Both the position numbers and the translations under genes were made by a program. Of a stretch of 64,000 bases of DNA, positions 39,901 through 46,831 are shown piece after piece; position 1 is the stretch's first letter, and the number at the start of each line of letters is the position of its first letter. The stretch comes from an uncultured Gammaproteobacteria bacterium. GTDB taxonomy: Bacteria; Patescibacteriota; Patescibacteriia; Magasanikbacterales; UBA922. Location: NCBI GenBank assembly GCA_964345045.1, contig CAYFPM010000003.1:134038-198037 (forward strand), in the 5' to 3' direction. The notes beneath the pieces are model-generated. The model made no database searches, was not told the DNA's origin, and saw only the letters and a list, made by a program, of their open reading frames with translations.

Positions 39901-41546
39901 CCGGCTCTTGTAACTCTAATTACACTGTCACTATTATTTGGCAAAGCAGCGTCGTTTGGTGGGACTTCTACTATTATCCAACTATCTGTCCAAACATCTT
40001 CGGTTCCACATTGAGCCAAACTAGCCGGTACCCACTGATCCGGAGATCCATCGGTATCAGTATCTATTCCAAATTCTACAGTACCATTGGCGTCACCAAA
40101 AAATTGACCAAGAATTGTAACCCAGTTGCCACCAGCGCCATCCCAAAGATTTACATCGGTAATAAGTGGGACAGCTGCACATTGGCCAGTAGTTTGCCCT
40201 GGTGGAATTACACATCTACCAGAAGCACAATCAGCATTTTGAGTACAGCCAGCATTTTGTCTACATCCAGGATTTGTACCAAAACCAGTACCAAACTGAC
40301 AAGATTGATCTACGACAGTAAATTGAAAAGTTTGGCTGCTAAGATTACCATCTATATCGTAAACTTCTAACAAACCATCGTAAGTAACATTGGTAGCAGC
40401 ATTGGCTGCTAAAACTAGTTGATAATTATAAGTATAAGGATTGGAGGCAGTTGCTGCAGAGCCATTTGAAATAAGTGGGGCATCGTAATTTTCTATTACA
40501 GTTCCCCCACCTTGTGGAGTTAATCTAACATGAGCATACCCAATACCATTGTCGTCCGACAAATCTGCCCCGATTAAATATGTTTGCCCCCTTGGCAAAG
40601 CTGGAGCGCCACCATACTGAACTCCATTGTATGTAACAGTATTGTTTGGGATAGTCGGAACCACCGAATCCATTACTACATTAGTGTTTACTTGGAAGGT
40701 AGTAGCTGTTGGGAAATTGCCACATTGGGTAGTAGTTTGCAAAGAATTTCCTCCAGCCGATTGCAGATTTGGTTGTACGCTAATGCTGTAATTACCGGCA
40801 GACAAAGTAGCATTGATAGGCGCAGCTTCTAGCACTGTTCTAGCTGTATCTAAATATGCAAAATTAAATTCACTATTAACATTGGCTCCATCACGCAAAA
40901 TAGTTAGAACACTATCTGCAGCTGTAGCAGCCGACACAGATTGACTAAAAATTGCCCGGACTGAAAAATTATTTATGTCCACAGTTCCATTGTTTGGCGC
41001 GCTTGGAGTAATCGTTCTTACTACGAATTGTTGGCTACTATTGCCAGTACACGGGTTGAATCCTCCACCAGGCCCTCCTCCGGCTCCACACTGAGTAGGA
41101 TTGGCAGCCGCATAAGCAGGGTCACTACAATTGGCCACTACCCCCGTACCTGTAGCTGCTCCCAACTGAGTCAGTACAAATTGAGTTATAGCAAAAGCAG
41201 ATAAGATTATGACCAAACCAATACTGCCATTTATCATTATTTTCTTGGCTTGAGAAACTTTTTCTTCGTTACCTCCGGCGGTCATATATGTATAGCCCCC
41301 GTAAATCATGATTACCAAAGCAATAATCCCTAGTAATCCAAGAGCTACTCGAATAATTCTGGCAATCGTTACTCGGATATCTTGGCCTCCTAGACCTGTA
41401 CTTTGACTAACTCTACCCAAACCAAAAACATTGTTGGTCTGTGTTTGAGCCAAAACATCATTGGCAAAAAGAAAACCTAGACCAACAAAAAAGGTTAGCC
41501 CCAAAAAGATAAATATTTTTTTTAATTTTATACTTTTGTTTATCAT
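27969..41546 (-). CDS. Giant (4,525 aa) multidomain surface protein: N-terminal T4SS-pilin-like (VirB2/TrbC-topology) membrane module, Ig-like regions, LamG/ConA-like lectin domain, Cys-rich CG(N/D)G..GE(E/D)CD repeats, six-blade BNR/Asp-box propeller, Cys-rich C-terminus
   Basis: Single uninterrupted ORF. N-term: signal/anchor + helix(ALGLLGIIALVIMIYGGYTYM)-TAGGNEEK-helix(GSIGLVIILSAFAITQFVL). LamG-like ..RWHHVALSLDRDGEMRLYIDGLL.. (~34,350..34,900). Cys-rich repeats such as CGNGVVEAGEDCD, CGNGLIEFGEECE, CGDGRVDPATEQCDDGARNG, YCGDGVVQPQFEECDDGNN (~29,700..36,400). Asp-box repeats TNDGGVTW, TIDGGSTW, TIDGGRNW, TTDSGNTW, TKDGGTSW, TTDGGLSW (~30,250..30,880). Confidence 0.85.
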   Translation of the reverse strand: MINKSIKLKKIFIFLGLTFFVGLGFLFANDVLAQTQTNNVFGLGRVSQSTGLGGQDIRVTIARIIRVALGLLGIIALVIMIYGGYTYMTAGGNEEKVSQAKKIMINGSIGLVIILSAFAITQFVLTQLGAATGTGVVANCSDPAYAAANPTQCGAGGGPGGGFNPCTGNSSQQFVVRTITPSAPNNGTVDINNFSVRAIFSQSVSAATAADSVLTILRDGANVNSEFNFAYLDTARTVLEAAPINATLSAGNYSISVQPNLQSAGGNSLQTTTQCGNFPTATTFQVNTNVVMDSVVPTIPNNTVTYNGVQYGGAPALPRGQTYLIGADLSDDNGIGYAHVRLTPQGGGTVIENYDAPLISNGSAATASNPYTYNYQLVLAANAATNVTYDGLLEVYDIDGNLSSQTFQFTVVDQSCQFGTGFGTNPGCRQNAGCTQNADCASGRCVIPPGQTTGQCAAVPLITDVNLWDGAGGNWVTILGQFFGDANGTVEFGIDTDTDGSPDQWVPASLAQCGTEDVWTDSWIIVEVPPNDAALPNNSDSVIRVTRAGGGNLSDTTADGRGSRSGPRQGFFRKDNSLVRPSLCSVRVSPGQTTPVGATAAIAGTNVTAIGKSFGPASGAQLNFGGVQSQVSSWSATQIDATIPANIQPGRVGVIVTSASGEDSNGIPFQILTTLQNQTPVIEAINPSSSTPGSFVTITGSRFGQSPGTIYLAQGTTTCPGAGCTVANLPTVCGSLAWQDTQIIMELPANLAIGGYNVIVESGDTNIQSVPNATSVINVNNGAPLPSICAVNPNSGPAPLLPVGGVNPLTITGVNFSNSPTVRFWGRNSLTANPLTNTELNTWLSTSGNQITVANSLTAGDTVTTPIPVQNGYSMQTGPIVVTAGSGNNLQVSNSVEYTVTDCRDIPSNQIPAGQRCCTEGPSAGVFRPASFSCPGEVRDGGYVWRFTTGRIASVPLVLEACNQERWIGNRAVAFPSPTPWDGWQQGDDVCLNRDIAVMFNMDMDPNSFAGNVSLFTCAEASNGRIDCSGGNKIDISNQVNLNYTSRVLTIRPAPLNNTNNLQPDTWYRVELGSSIQSQEVITEFGSSRIVNQPLQATRNCGSGTAYCFEFKTGGPNNMCALTGAGIEPPAHVTDRLGTVLDPAYPVSDNQPLYYKLWGRGDQTCAVLNVDGLGWNWRVAAATNPLASAVTVSIAPGNGYRDSRATARAFRSTAPQSVQIEASLPGGVTAGTGNSTVSDFAALAGVPLDVPVGGNPIVIPDPSNIYTFDYTNSATMTIRMVLNNDDPVSVANGWQFGAGAASAQKVKMVAAKGDYSVRLQTFGNRGQNQRRRDFRFFKNDTPNFSMTVITSRIQNWSQALPTNIGNGNWVIPSSLDVNTGQSIQRGYNNTTPSSNYHIAQDANNPLVWYIPDTEFFDEFEIQITQNGTNWRMWWRNVTQNSPLYMVGEGNAGATTVRNIGGDILIGMLSANPVGVPDNYYLDGRLTAFTLEKESRSQLQNSNIGTVVSDLTVDLGTPRAIEFWPNCSEACANATLGAKFNRDMDDRRYQNGLNVYTCTDRANCTSNTVNRNNRVPFTVDQQLSNRKELHARPTAGAVLQPDTWYYAELTGAILSVASVNAAGGITSFGPSLTPTNWIFKTKATGEICVADNARISPDPFTALVIGQKTKYTVIPRTNPDSCNVEGQDLNPWSFGWQWNVADTNIATVSNFSTAALPKNNCTNGCLPGGSDIDSATHQSNPSSICGNGVVEAGEDCDVAANVPGTNTAEIPGISCNLSCLRPGNGTVGTGANQCGNGIVEPLFGEECDPAAPNAQNCSATCTNQGTPSFDTFAGVPGTFCGGDGLLEAGEDCEISGAGAESSEYCSNSCVHLGSQLSQAWCDDPVNASLNIGNLTAGASLECTDASSVCGNGLIEFGEECEVVSSGGSNVVVVYDPTQPGRGIVTNAPISSCSNRCLLQNICNTDVPDVGAGRLRCNDITDEDCNVDCTLSGSSVSRYSTASVCGDGVVGLGETSWCEYTAVEIANLQSLGQNPIQVVEAIGQGNTNPQTGNQETTVDATAIATLDATSQSVITLPLADQITGTGNYALQCGFTEFAEPRTVNVSGVNTFRFNDCPNATDGVGTNSCCYNRPTRSSSYPADGQGFANAATPALAAPVCRNTAISITFDTVLDEDTLNRNLFLAKGYTQSQNVGNSSNADNAYINNLSDVGGVTTDTGIVSSAYYFDGLVDRLQSLPDTATPNSVVPAYDFATADFTVHGWIKTSSTAQIETIASQGYSTNRWVLDLQNGVPNGQICQNGQTPACATVTANSNLADDRWHHVALSLDRDGEMRLYIDGLLEDSTNIAAYNNNPINGVANSATYSLNIGANVNVSSAGAVNYTSLYNGLLDEVTIEKRVIRSGEVQALADKTTAGQNQGNCPAGEFDVTNLVNRTLALNDIATDLAPKSLWHKLWQGIKTFFARLWFGVVHASGTNDPNVVVWCAGDVTFETNATPAYDTVGNVVGTDGILSINSVLEENTSYAVVLRGGVSGIKDLRGVGIGSPDSNVTRLDDSILFRTGTDICKLNSVGILPNKYIFSAPNTSTVFVANAVSTNDQSIVSIPGQYEWSWDWQPQGDQIFSIPSTVPPATCGNGVLDVGEDCDGPLLRATQCSAIPGRNYTGGNLSCNVTTCQYDVSACTPSLSPTDTSIIKIASNNLEGSRTASANATVTFDSDTQTNQAGEVFSGKTDLTALFCERPWPPVAYFPFEEGVPFGANVNNDGVDAAGVFDGTALPAANVAAGTGGVNGQYFNFGTSYCADAGASGDTSDDLPYLKPFVFGNLVTAGTCSRTNTSCFADTDCSGQLNTCQGALASTSQIQRTGLLKQMLFFNDTNEDVVGIQIFQNTGRDSVRQWYEKQPELGFVPSDFRDVRIAGYEAITDGDNYYVNALNQSSGGGIFNNVYLFSINQNASESTREVFDQLLNGLEFNINISDVGYCLANTVSAATTRVGETGALPISSVQCADNFDCKDVDGTPLPNTNGICSSSKTKFIRDWERLHSIREAQQKLSSLRDASGNINVPTLSSGSYIPGYSTSKWPSWGLLGSQVGGLKTDPVNKWSSCGVCAQGISTSCVSNLDCPGVGNTCTALGVCSQTVPQGCGSDADCPGAGNTCSLIDNQTCWDEQSSSFVCPRDSNIFEYSAVSNQNYTVHAQLEYFTSQSNIVQEFIDPNSFSTNRVCSAPFQVQSPFSAVCGDGVLNPATEQCDPPGRTQLGTTGITGVATAGVCAYQGTNQSQICNTDVDCSISLFENPVPGSSGSIVSGRPLFNPDVSVEMGSGQTVCQYLNAVMYPDSSQSNTPPAVLPAVSCNTSADCVNILVNQIATGRANYSTFHPGLNSGTNVAKVPRNPASKLDFTCAPLFQAKAFKDISKAQCVGGTIQNPVIGACPAQQVAQAVCDSQCQLQYGSCQAGGVCGDGRVDPATEQCDDGARNGTYGNCASDCRGPHPQYCGNGGSPDIVGGRAVEYCEIANFQGINAKGFCSVERDGFGVQTSGTNQALSAVHFVDEQNGWAGGNNSTLLRTNDGGVTWQTQNLPTIANTHNVNSIKFVDVNTGWLLDSNNNLVWRTIDGGSTWVQSNTTFPRLGSGTFTLPNIYFDMNFVDRNNGWVSASGNRIFRTIDGGRNWTQGNALPNNFNSIHFVSATEGWAASGGSTTDNNNQTYNAAGFIYRTTDSGNTWNLSYQYYSPGQPGNSHLMRGVYFVDSQDGWAVGDSGIILSTKDGGTSWQIQQSPVNTNLQKVYFVDNFDGYIIDVNNNILKTTDGGLSWVRANTNVGSTITLNDLHASGVGAWTVGSQGTILKTGLRLCAVDSDCGANNTCLAGDTPTYHIDQQNSCAFDCQGPGGYCGDGVVQPQFEECDDGNNINNDACSNLCLVRAAAQSSAIISQSVGCGNGVTDPGEACDLGSQNGVACIPSYNESCTYCSNSCDAVLTVDAAGYCGNRELEIITTDSAGQPVYEACEVDGGFILIDPDVTKPDAQRYVRTQCTGSNYNQPTNFFTVNVGQRACQNSCTTYIDNCIPCGSKNISQGGVAPSLAILNVIEDGAAINATAWATATNAYLRVREAGFYVARGEMNLQLYSGQSTQSYTTQKRFLNTGNIVDGGLESNALCSGTYGVEFNNSVTQTVQGSVYNYPVNSDSQTVGHEILVSPAVAPGTIRVVVRWTEAENNEGVTFGGALYNESFSNDPNPNRRQPITYGFATSIIPNGICSRIAQDTAGYWVPSGCSPSLTNGGNGAVWVHSRNNLQKTFSQTFTIDTAELVDARPYAFFVESIGQISSVPIINFENSNLQVEIYESRVGQNPGLSIYKPTRNFNITTAAGTSSNSLARYWQVFNLSATNSGYTITPVEQIKSGFNEVLSQLIGSTSQGSTSPNTVVACTAADWNCQPFPTSCPVSGTRSRVCTLINTSCANASAVQPPLSQSCTPDCRAGNLVGCVNQSDCESVAGGVWNTVSGQSSCVVPNSVASGGACSVDAACQTGLSCVNNLCS

Positions 41547-41550
41547 GCTT

Positions 41551-43638
41551 TTAGATTACAGGACTTAGCTGTTGCAGTCTGTTTATACACGTTTGAATAT
41601 CTGGTTGGATTAGGTCTCCTGGACTAACGGCTTGTACACAAGCAGTGTCTGTGTCTCTTACTCCATTTACAGCAGCACAATTAGCATTACAATTTACTAC
41701 ACCGGTTACAGGATCTGTGTTACAAACACATTGTGGAGAAGTCCCTCCTGGCCCCACCGGACCACGACCAGGATAAACACAATTTTGGTTAACACTTTTT
41801 ACCGTACTCGGAATACTAGTAAAGTAATAAGCATTAATTCCATTTGGTTTGAATAATCTATGATCAACTATAACTTGTGTTTTACCGTTTATTAGATTTC
41901 CTCTGGCTCTATAAGCTAGTGGTGGAACTGGTGGTTGAGTGTTGGCTGGGATACCATACTCGGTAATAGCGATACCAGAGAGAGTTCCCATCCACATAGG
42001 ATGACTAAAGTTAATTTGTACAGGCACGTCGTCTGGAACATTTTGTCCATCTATTGCAGGGCTAATAGTTTCTATATTTGGGGCAGTTCTATCTATAGTA
42101 TTTTCTACTACAAAATCCCAAAGATAATTATCCGGAGCGTCTTCGTTTGGTGGGCTGGTCAAAGCACCGATTCTTTTGAAAGTATCGCTTGGCATAGTTG
42201 GTTTGCCATCTGGGATTCCATCGGCGTTTCCATCCAAAACATTGTCGGCAAAATCAACCACACCACTAAATGGGATTGCTTCGAAACTACCACTACCTGG
42301 ATTCAACAGATTACCGGTACGAATAAGAATGTTGTGATTTTGGTTGGAACAGTTTGGATTGGCAGCTGGACAAGTGATTTGTAAACAATACATGGGATCA
42401 CCACAACTATTGGCTCCGCAAGCAATGTCTGGCACAAATTCTACTGTTTGGTAAGAGTTACTTACTTTCCATTCTCCGGTTACATTTTGATCACCAAAAA
42501 TTATATTATAAAAACCTGGATTTTGTGCCAAACCAGTTACAGAAATTGGATTAATCGGTTCGTCGAAATTGATTTGAACAATAGTATTTCTAGGTACAGT
42601 AGCTCCAAGCGGTGGATAAACACTAGAAACAATTGGAGGATCTGTATCTAAAAAAGTACCGGTTTCAAATATCCAAACATATCTGCCTCCCCTATCGTTT
42701 ACAAAAGCACTGGTACTGCCATCGGCCTTCAAAATATTACCTGTAAGTTCTACTTGGTATTCTTCTATATCCACATCACTACCCAGTGGGCTAAGTGGCC
42801 TAAACACAAAAGTTAGATAATCACTAGTATTTGGTCCTTCTGGAGTAGACAAAGCAATCATGTCGAGTGCTCCCCCAGGATTGCCAGTAGCTTTGTCGAG
42901 AAGAGCTACTACTACGTTTCTAGTATCTATATGATCACAATCATTGTTCCAATCAAAATTCGGTTGACCAGTATTAATACAATCTCCAAAGATATTATTG
43001 TTGTTGCTGTCCAAAATTACACTGGCCGGATCAATTGGCTCGTTAAAAGTAACCGTAATGTTGGTATTTCTGGCTACGTCTTTTTGGTCACGAAATGGAT
43101 AATGGTCTCTAATTACTCTACCTAGCGATCCACTGCCGGCAAAAGATTGAGCAGAAGGAGCACCAAGACTGGCCGAACCTACACCGGTAGTAGCTCCGGT
43201 AGCAGCGGCTAATCTGGTAATAAGAAATTGCACGATAGCAAAAGCAGATAAGATTATGGCCAAACCAATAGTAGCGTTTATAATTATTTTTTTACCGGTA
43301 GCGATTTTTTCTTCGTTACCTCCGGCTGTCATTATGGTATAACCGGCATAAATAATAAGTACAAGCGCTATTATTCCAAGCAAGCCCAAAGCAGCTCTAA
43401 TTATCCTGGCGATAACTAGTCTAATATCTTCTTGTCCCAAACCAGTGGCAGGGGCTACTTGATCCAAACCAAATACATTGGTAGATCCACCAGGGACAGG
43501 CGGGCTAGCCGGAGCAGTCTGAGCCAAAGCAACATCCGCAAACATTAAAAATGAAACAAAAAAAACTGCTACCAAAACAAAAATTTGCATGGCAACAGTC
43601 TTTTTGGAATTTTTTTTCATGCGAATCCACGGAAGCAT
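41551..43638 (-). CDS. 695-aa surface protein, paralogous over its N-terminal ~110 aa to the giant protein (same T4SS-pilin-like two-helix module), divergent Ig-like extracellular region
   Basis: N-terminal ..TNVFGLDQVAPATGLGQEDIRLVIARIIRAALGLLGIIALVLIIYAGYTIMTAGGNEEKIATGKKIIINATIGLAIILSAFAIVQFLITRLAAATG is ~75% identical to the corresponding region of 27969..41546. It sits 4 nt upstream of the giant gene on the same strand. Confidence 0.8.
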   Translation of the reverse strand: MLPWIRMKKNSKKTVAMQIFVLVAVFFVSFLMFADVALAQTAPASPPVPGGSTNVFGLDQVAPATGLGQEDIRLVIARIIRAALGLLGIIALVLIIYAGYTIMTAGGNEEKIATGKKIIINATIGLAIILSAFAIVQFLITRLAAATGATTGVGSASLGAPSAQSFAGSGSLGRVIRDHYPFRDQKDVARNTNITVTFNEPIDPASVILDSNNNNIFGDCINTGQPNFDWNNDCDHIDTRNVVVALLDKATGNPGGALDMIALSTPEGPNTSDYLTFVFRPLSPLGSDVDIEEYQVELTGNILKADGSTSAFVNDRGGRYVWIFETGTFLDTDPPIVSSVYPPLGATVPRNTIVQINFDEPINPISVTGLAQNPGFYNIIFGDQNVTGEWKVSNSYQTVEFVPDIACGANSCGDPMYCLQITCPAANPNCSNQNHNILIRTGNLLNPGSGSFEAIPFSGVVDFADNVLDGNADGIPDGKPTMPSDTFKRIGALTSPPNEDAPDNYLWDFVVENTIDRTAPNIETISPAIDGQNVPDDVPVQINFSHPMWMGTLSGIAITEYGIPANTQPPVPPLAYRARGNLINGKTQVIVDHRLFKPNGINAYYFTSIPSTVKSVNQNCVYPGRGPVGPGGTSPQCVCNTDPVTGVVNCNANCAAVNGVRDTDTACVQAVSPGDLIQPDIQTCINRLQQLSPVI

Positions 43639-43709
43639 GGGACCAATGGACTCATCTACCCAAATGAATGGTGTAGATCCTTCATAAAAATTATGAAGGT
43701 GAATAATTA

Positions 43710-44159
43710 TTAGTTTTTGTTTAACTCTTTGGAAACCATTTCTTTGACTCTGTTTCCGTCTGCCAATCCTTTGACTTCTTGCATTACAGTCCCCATTACC
43801 TTGCCCATATCAGCCGGGCTACTAGCTCCTAATTTTTCTACAGTATTTTTTACCACTTCTGCCAATTTTTCATCAGACATTTGCTCTGGCAAATAGGCAG
43901 CTAATATTTCTACCTCTTGCTTGGCTTGGTCTGCGAGATCGTCTCTTCCTCCGGCGGCATATTCTTTGATAGCGTCTTGCAATTGTTTGACTTGTTTGGC
44001 TACCACAGTTTGTATACCGGCATCATCCAATTCTTTTTGATCTACTATTTCTTGATTTTTGATTGCACTCAAAAGCAATCTAATTGTAGATAATTTTGCT
44101 TTTTCTCCAGATTTCATGGCCTCTTTTTGGGCTGTTTGCAAATCTTGTCTTATGGACAT
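43710..44159 (-). CDS. GatB/YqeY domain protein
   Basis: 149 aa with the YqeY-like pattern (..LLLSAIKNQEI...ILAAYLPEQ...MGKVMG.V...). Confidence 0.8.
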   Translation of the reverse strand: MSIRQDLQTAQKEAMKSGEKAKLSTIRLLLSAIKNQEIVDQKELDDAGIQTVVAKQVKQLQDAIKEYAAGGRDDLADQAKQEVEILAAYLPEQMSDEKLAEVVKNTVEKLGASSPADMGKVMGTVMQEVKGLADGNRVKEMVSKELNKN

Positions 44160-44171
44160 AGCTTGTGTTTT

Positions 44172-44423
44172 TTAACGTCTGCCAAATCTTTTTTCTTCTG
44201 GTGGCATCTTACCGATCTTTCTTAGGTAAGCAGTCTTTGAGTCTTGTTTGGCTTTACTGACAGTCTTTTTTCTGTTTACATTCTTACTTTTGGTAGGAAC
44301 GTGAAATTGAATCTTTTTGGCTTGCAAAATCTTACCTGATTTTTGCCATTGTCTTTTTACACGACGAATAAAACCTTCAAAAGATTCTCCTTTTTTTCTT
44401 TTAATTTCGGACACATGATTCAC
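44172..44423 (-). CDS. rpsU: 30S ribosomal protein S21
   Basis: 83 aa, basic. VSEIKRKKGESFEGFIRRVKRQWQKSGKI..VPTKSKNVNRKKTVSKAK parallels E. coli S21 ([27 protein letters not shown]..). Confidence 0.7.
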   Translation of the reverse strand: MNHVSEIKRKKGESFEGFIRRVKRQWQKSGKILQAKKIQFHVPTKSKNVNRKKTVSKAKQDSKTAYLRKIGKMPPEEKRFGRR

Positions 44424-44490
44424 CTCCCGGGTGATTTAGTTAAATAATAAGATAATGCCATTATATAGCAAAAAATCTATTTAGTCAAAC

Positions 44491-45945
44491 CTACTGTTGA
44501 GTTCTTTTTATTATTTTTAGAAGTTCATTTTTGGCCTTTTTCTGATCTACAATTTCTTGATTTCCAGATTCCATATCACGAATTATCACAGTTCCGTCCT
44601 GAACTTCTTTTTGACCCAGTATAAGCGCATGGGTAACCTCAAATTTATTGGCTTGTTCCAGTTGGGTTTTTAGAGATGATTTGGCCAAATTGTGGTGGAC
44701 AAAAATATCTTCTTGTCGCAAATCTTCTATCATACGAAGAGCTCTTCTTCTGGCTTGCTCACCCAGTTGCGCAAAATAAATTTTTGAAATTCCATCATCT
44801 TTTAATTTTTCTCCACTTTGTTCTTCGGCTCTTCTTATAGCGGATACAGCTCTTTCCATACCAATAGCAAAACCACAGGCCGGAACTTGCTTGCCACCTA
44901 TCTGCTCTACCAAACCATCGTATCTACCTCCCCCACCAAGTGAACTTTGTGAACCTTCTTGTTGATTTTCGTCTACCAATTCAAATACTGTATCGGAATA
45001 ATAGTCCAAACCTCTTACCAAAGTTGGTTTTAGATTGTATGGAACTTCCAATTCATCCAGATATTCCAAAACTTTCATAAAGTAATCTTTGGATTCTTCG
45101 CTTAGCCAATCAATTATTTGTGGAGCTTCTTCCAAAACAGCGATATCATTTTCATCTTTGGAATCCAATACTCGCAAAGGATTTTTGTTAATTCTTTTTC
45201 TTGATTCTTCGGACAAGTAACTTCTTTTGCTACGCAAATAACCTACCAATTCTATAATATATCTTTCTCTATCTTCTTTTGTACCGATACTATTTATGTG
45301 TACCTGAGCAGAGATCCCCAAATCTTTCAAAAAATTGTAAGCCATTACCACCAACTCAGCGTCTATGGCTGGGTGTCTTTCGCCAAGAACATCGCAATCG
45401 AACTGATGGAACTGTCGGTATCTACCAGCTTGTGGTCTGTCGTGACGAAACATAGGACCCATGTGCCACAGTTTTACCGGTTGTGGCCAGCTTTGCATAC
45501 CATGACCAATGTAGGCTCTGGCCATAGGCGCAGTCCCTTCTGGACGCAAGGCTACCTTGCTGCCATCTTTGTCTTCAAATACATACATCTCTTTGTCTAC
45601 AATATCGGTTCCCTTACCAACACTGCGAATAAACAAAGGAGCTTCTTCTACAATTGGAGTTTCTATATAACCATAACCATAAGCTTTGGTAATATTCATA
45701 GCAGTCATCCACATTTTTTTCCAGTACAATTCTTCTCTTGGAACTATGTCTTTCATCCCACGCAAAAGAGTTGGGACTTTGGGAGATCTGGTTGTTTTGG
45801 GGCTGAATTTTTCGGCAGTCTTTTTGGCAACTGTTTTTTTTGTAACAACTTTTTTCTTAGCTGGTTTTTTGGCAGTTGTTTTTTTTGCTGCAACTTTTTT
45901 CTTGGTTACAGTTTTTTTTGCAGTGGTCTTCTTTTTGGCTGGCAT
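44491..45945 (-). CDS. hisS: Histidine--tRNA ligase with a ~45-aa Lys/Ala/Thr-rich N-terminal extension
   Basis: Class II aaRS motifs (..GMKDIVPREELYW.., ..FRHDRPQAGRYRQFHQFDCDVLG.., ..GGGGRYDGL..) plus an anticodon-binding C-terminus. The N-terminal KKTTAKKTVTKKKVAAKK.. tail is histone-H1-like. Confidence 0.9.
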   Translation of the reverse strand: MPAKKKTTAKKTVTKKKVAAKKTTAKKPAKKKVVTKKTVAKKTAEKFSPKTTRSPKVPTLLRGMKDIVPREELYWKKMWMTAMNITKAYGYGYIETPIVEEAPLFIRSVGKGTDIVDKEMYVFEDKDGSKVALRPEGTAPMARAYIGHGMQSWPQPVKLWHMGPMFRHDRPQAGRYRQFHQFDCDVLGERHPAIDAELVVMAYNFLKDLGISAQVHINSIGTKEDRERYIIELVGYLRSKRSYLSEESRKRINKNPLRVLDSKDENDIAVLEEAPQIIDWLSEESKDYFMKVLEYLDELEVPYNLKPTLVRGLDYYSDTVFELVDENQQEGSQSSLGGGGRYDGLVEQIGGKQVPACGFAIGMERAVSAIRRAEEQSGEKLKDDGISKIYFAQLGEQARRRALRMIEDLRQEDIFVHHNLAKSSLKTQLEQANKFEVTHALILGQKEVQDGTVIIRDMESGNQEIVDQKKAKNELLKIIKRTQQ

Positions 45946-45977
45946 ATGGTAAATTACTTTAACTAGTTCAAATTAAT

Positions 45978-46589
45978 TTATAAATTATATTCTGGCTTTT
46001 GAAAAGTGGTCACCCGGTCTAGTGGCCATCCTCTAAACCAAGCTCTACCTACAATATCTTCTTCTGAAATTGCTCCAAATCTACGAGAATCAAAACTGGC
46101 ATCTCTATTGTCTCCCAAAACAAAATATTCTTCTTCTCCAACTGTAACAGTGATAGAACCAGGCGTATCCTCTACCAAATAATTTTCTTCTATTACCAAC
46201 CCTTGGGGATATTCTGAATTATAAATAATTACTTGACCTTCTTCTATTTTGACTCTGTCTCCCGGCACACCTACAACTCTTTTTAGATAAAAATCTTTGT
46301 GTTCGATAGGAGCTTCAAAAACTACGACTTCCCCTCTTTGTGGTTCTCTAAATCTGTAGGTTATCTCATCTATAATTAGATATTCTTTTTCCATAAAAGT
46401 TGGCTCCATGGATTGCCCTTTTACATAAAATGGTTTGAACAAAAAATGTCTAACCAAAAAAATAGTTAGCCCGGCCAATATGGCAACTTTTGTTAATTCC
46501 AAAAAAAATAGACCGATCATCCCCAAAACGCTTTTTTCTAGATCTTCGGTATTTTTGTTTATTTCATTGTTGGAATTTTCGTTATTCAT
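45978..46589 (-). CDS. lepB: Signal peptidase I
   Basis: N-terminal TM, catalytic Ser box (GQSMEPTF), ..VVGVPGDRV.., Lys box region (..YFVLGDNRDASFDSRRFG..). Confidence 0.9.
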   Translation of the reverse strand: MNNENSNNEINKNTEDLEKSVLGMIGLFFLELTKVAILAGLTIFLVRHFLFKPFYVKGQSMEPTFMEKEYLIIDEITYRFREPQRGEVVVFEAPIEHKDFYLKRVVGVPGDRVKIEEGQVIIYNSEYPQGLVIEENYLVEDTPGSITVTVGEEEYFVLGDNRDASFDSRRFGAISEEDIVGRAWFRGWPLDRVTTFQKPEYNL

Positions 46590-46739
46590 ACGAATTATTT
46601 TTTATTATAAAACAAATACTTTGCTTATACAAACAAAAGATTCCTCCTCGGAATCTTTATCTACCTACCAAATCAAAAGTATTTATTTTCATAATTTTTT
46701 TCTGGAAACAACCGTATTCTGTTTTCATTATAGTCAGTG

Positions 46740-46813
46740 TGGATCCAAGAAGATTCGAACTTCTGACCTCTACAATGTCAATGTAGCGCTCTAACCAACT
46801 GAGCTATGGATCC
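46740..46813 (-). tRNA. tRNA-Val (GAC)
   Basis: Reverse complement GGATCCA|TA|GCTCAGTTGGTTAGAGC|G|CTACA TTGACAT TGTAG|AGGTC|AGAAG TTCGAAT CTTCT|TGGATCC|A. Anticodon GAC. Confidence 0.88.
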
Positions 46814-46831
46814 TTAAAAGGATCTTGTTGT

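Noticed and set aside
27969-41546. Dozens of 60 to 150-aa + strand ORFs inside the giant gene
   Set aside because: All lie antisense to a single uninterrupted 13.6-kb reading frame with coherent domain content. They are shadow ORFs.
27969-43638. N-terminal module of the giant proteins as a type IV pilus prepilin
   Set aside because: There is no G/FTLIE-type prepilin peptidase site. The topology (signal/anchor + helix-loop-helix with a GGNEEK loop) fits T4SS VirB2/TrbC-type pilins instead.
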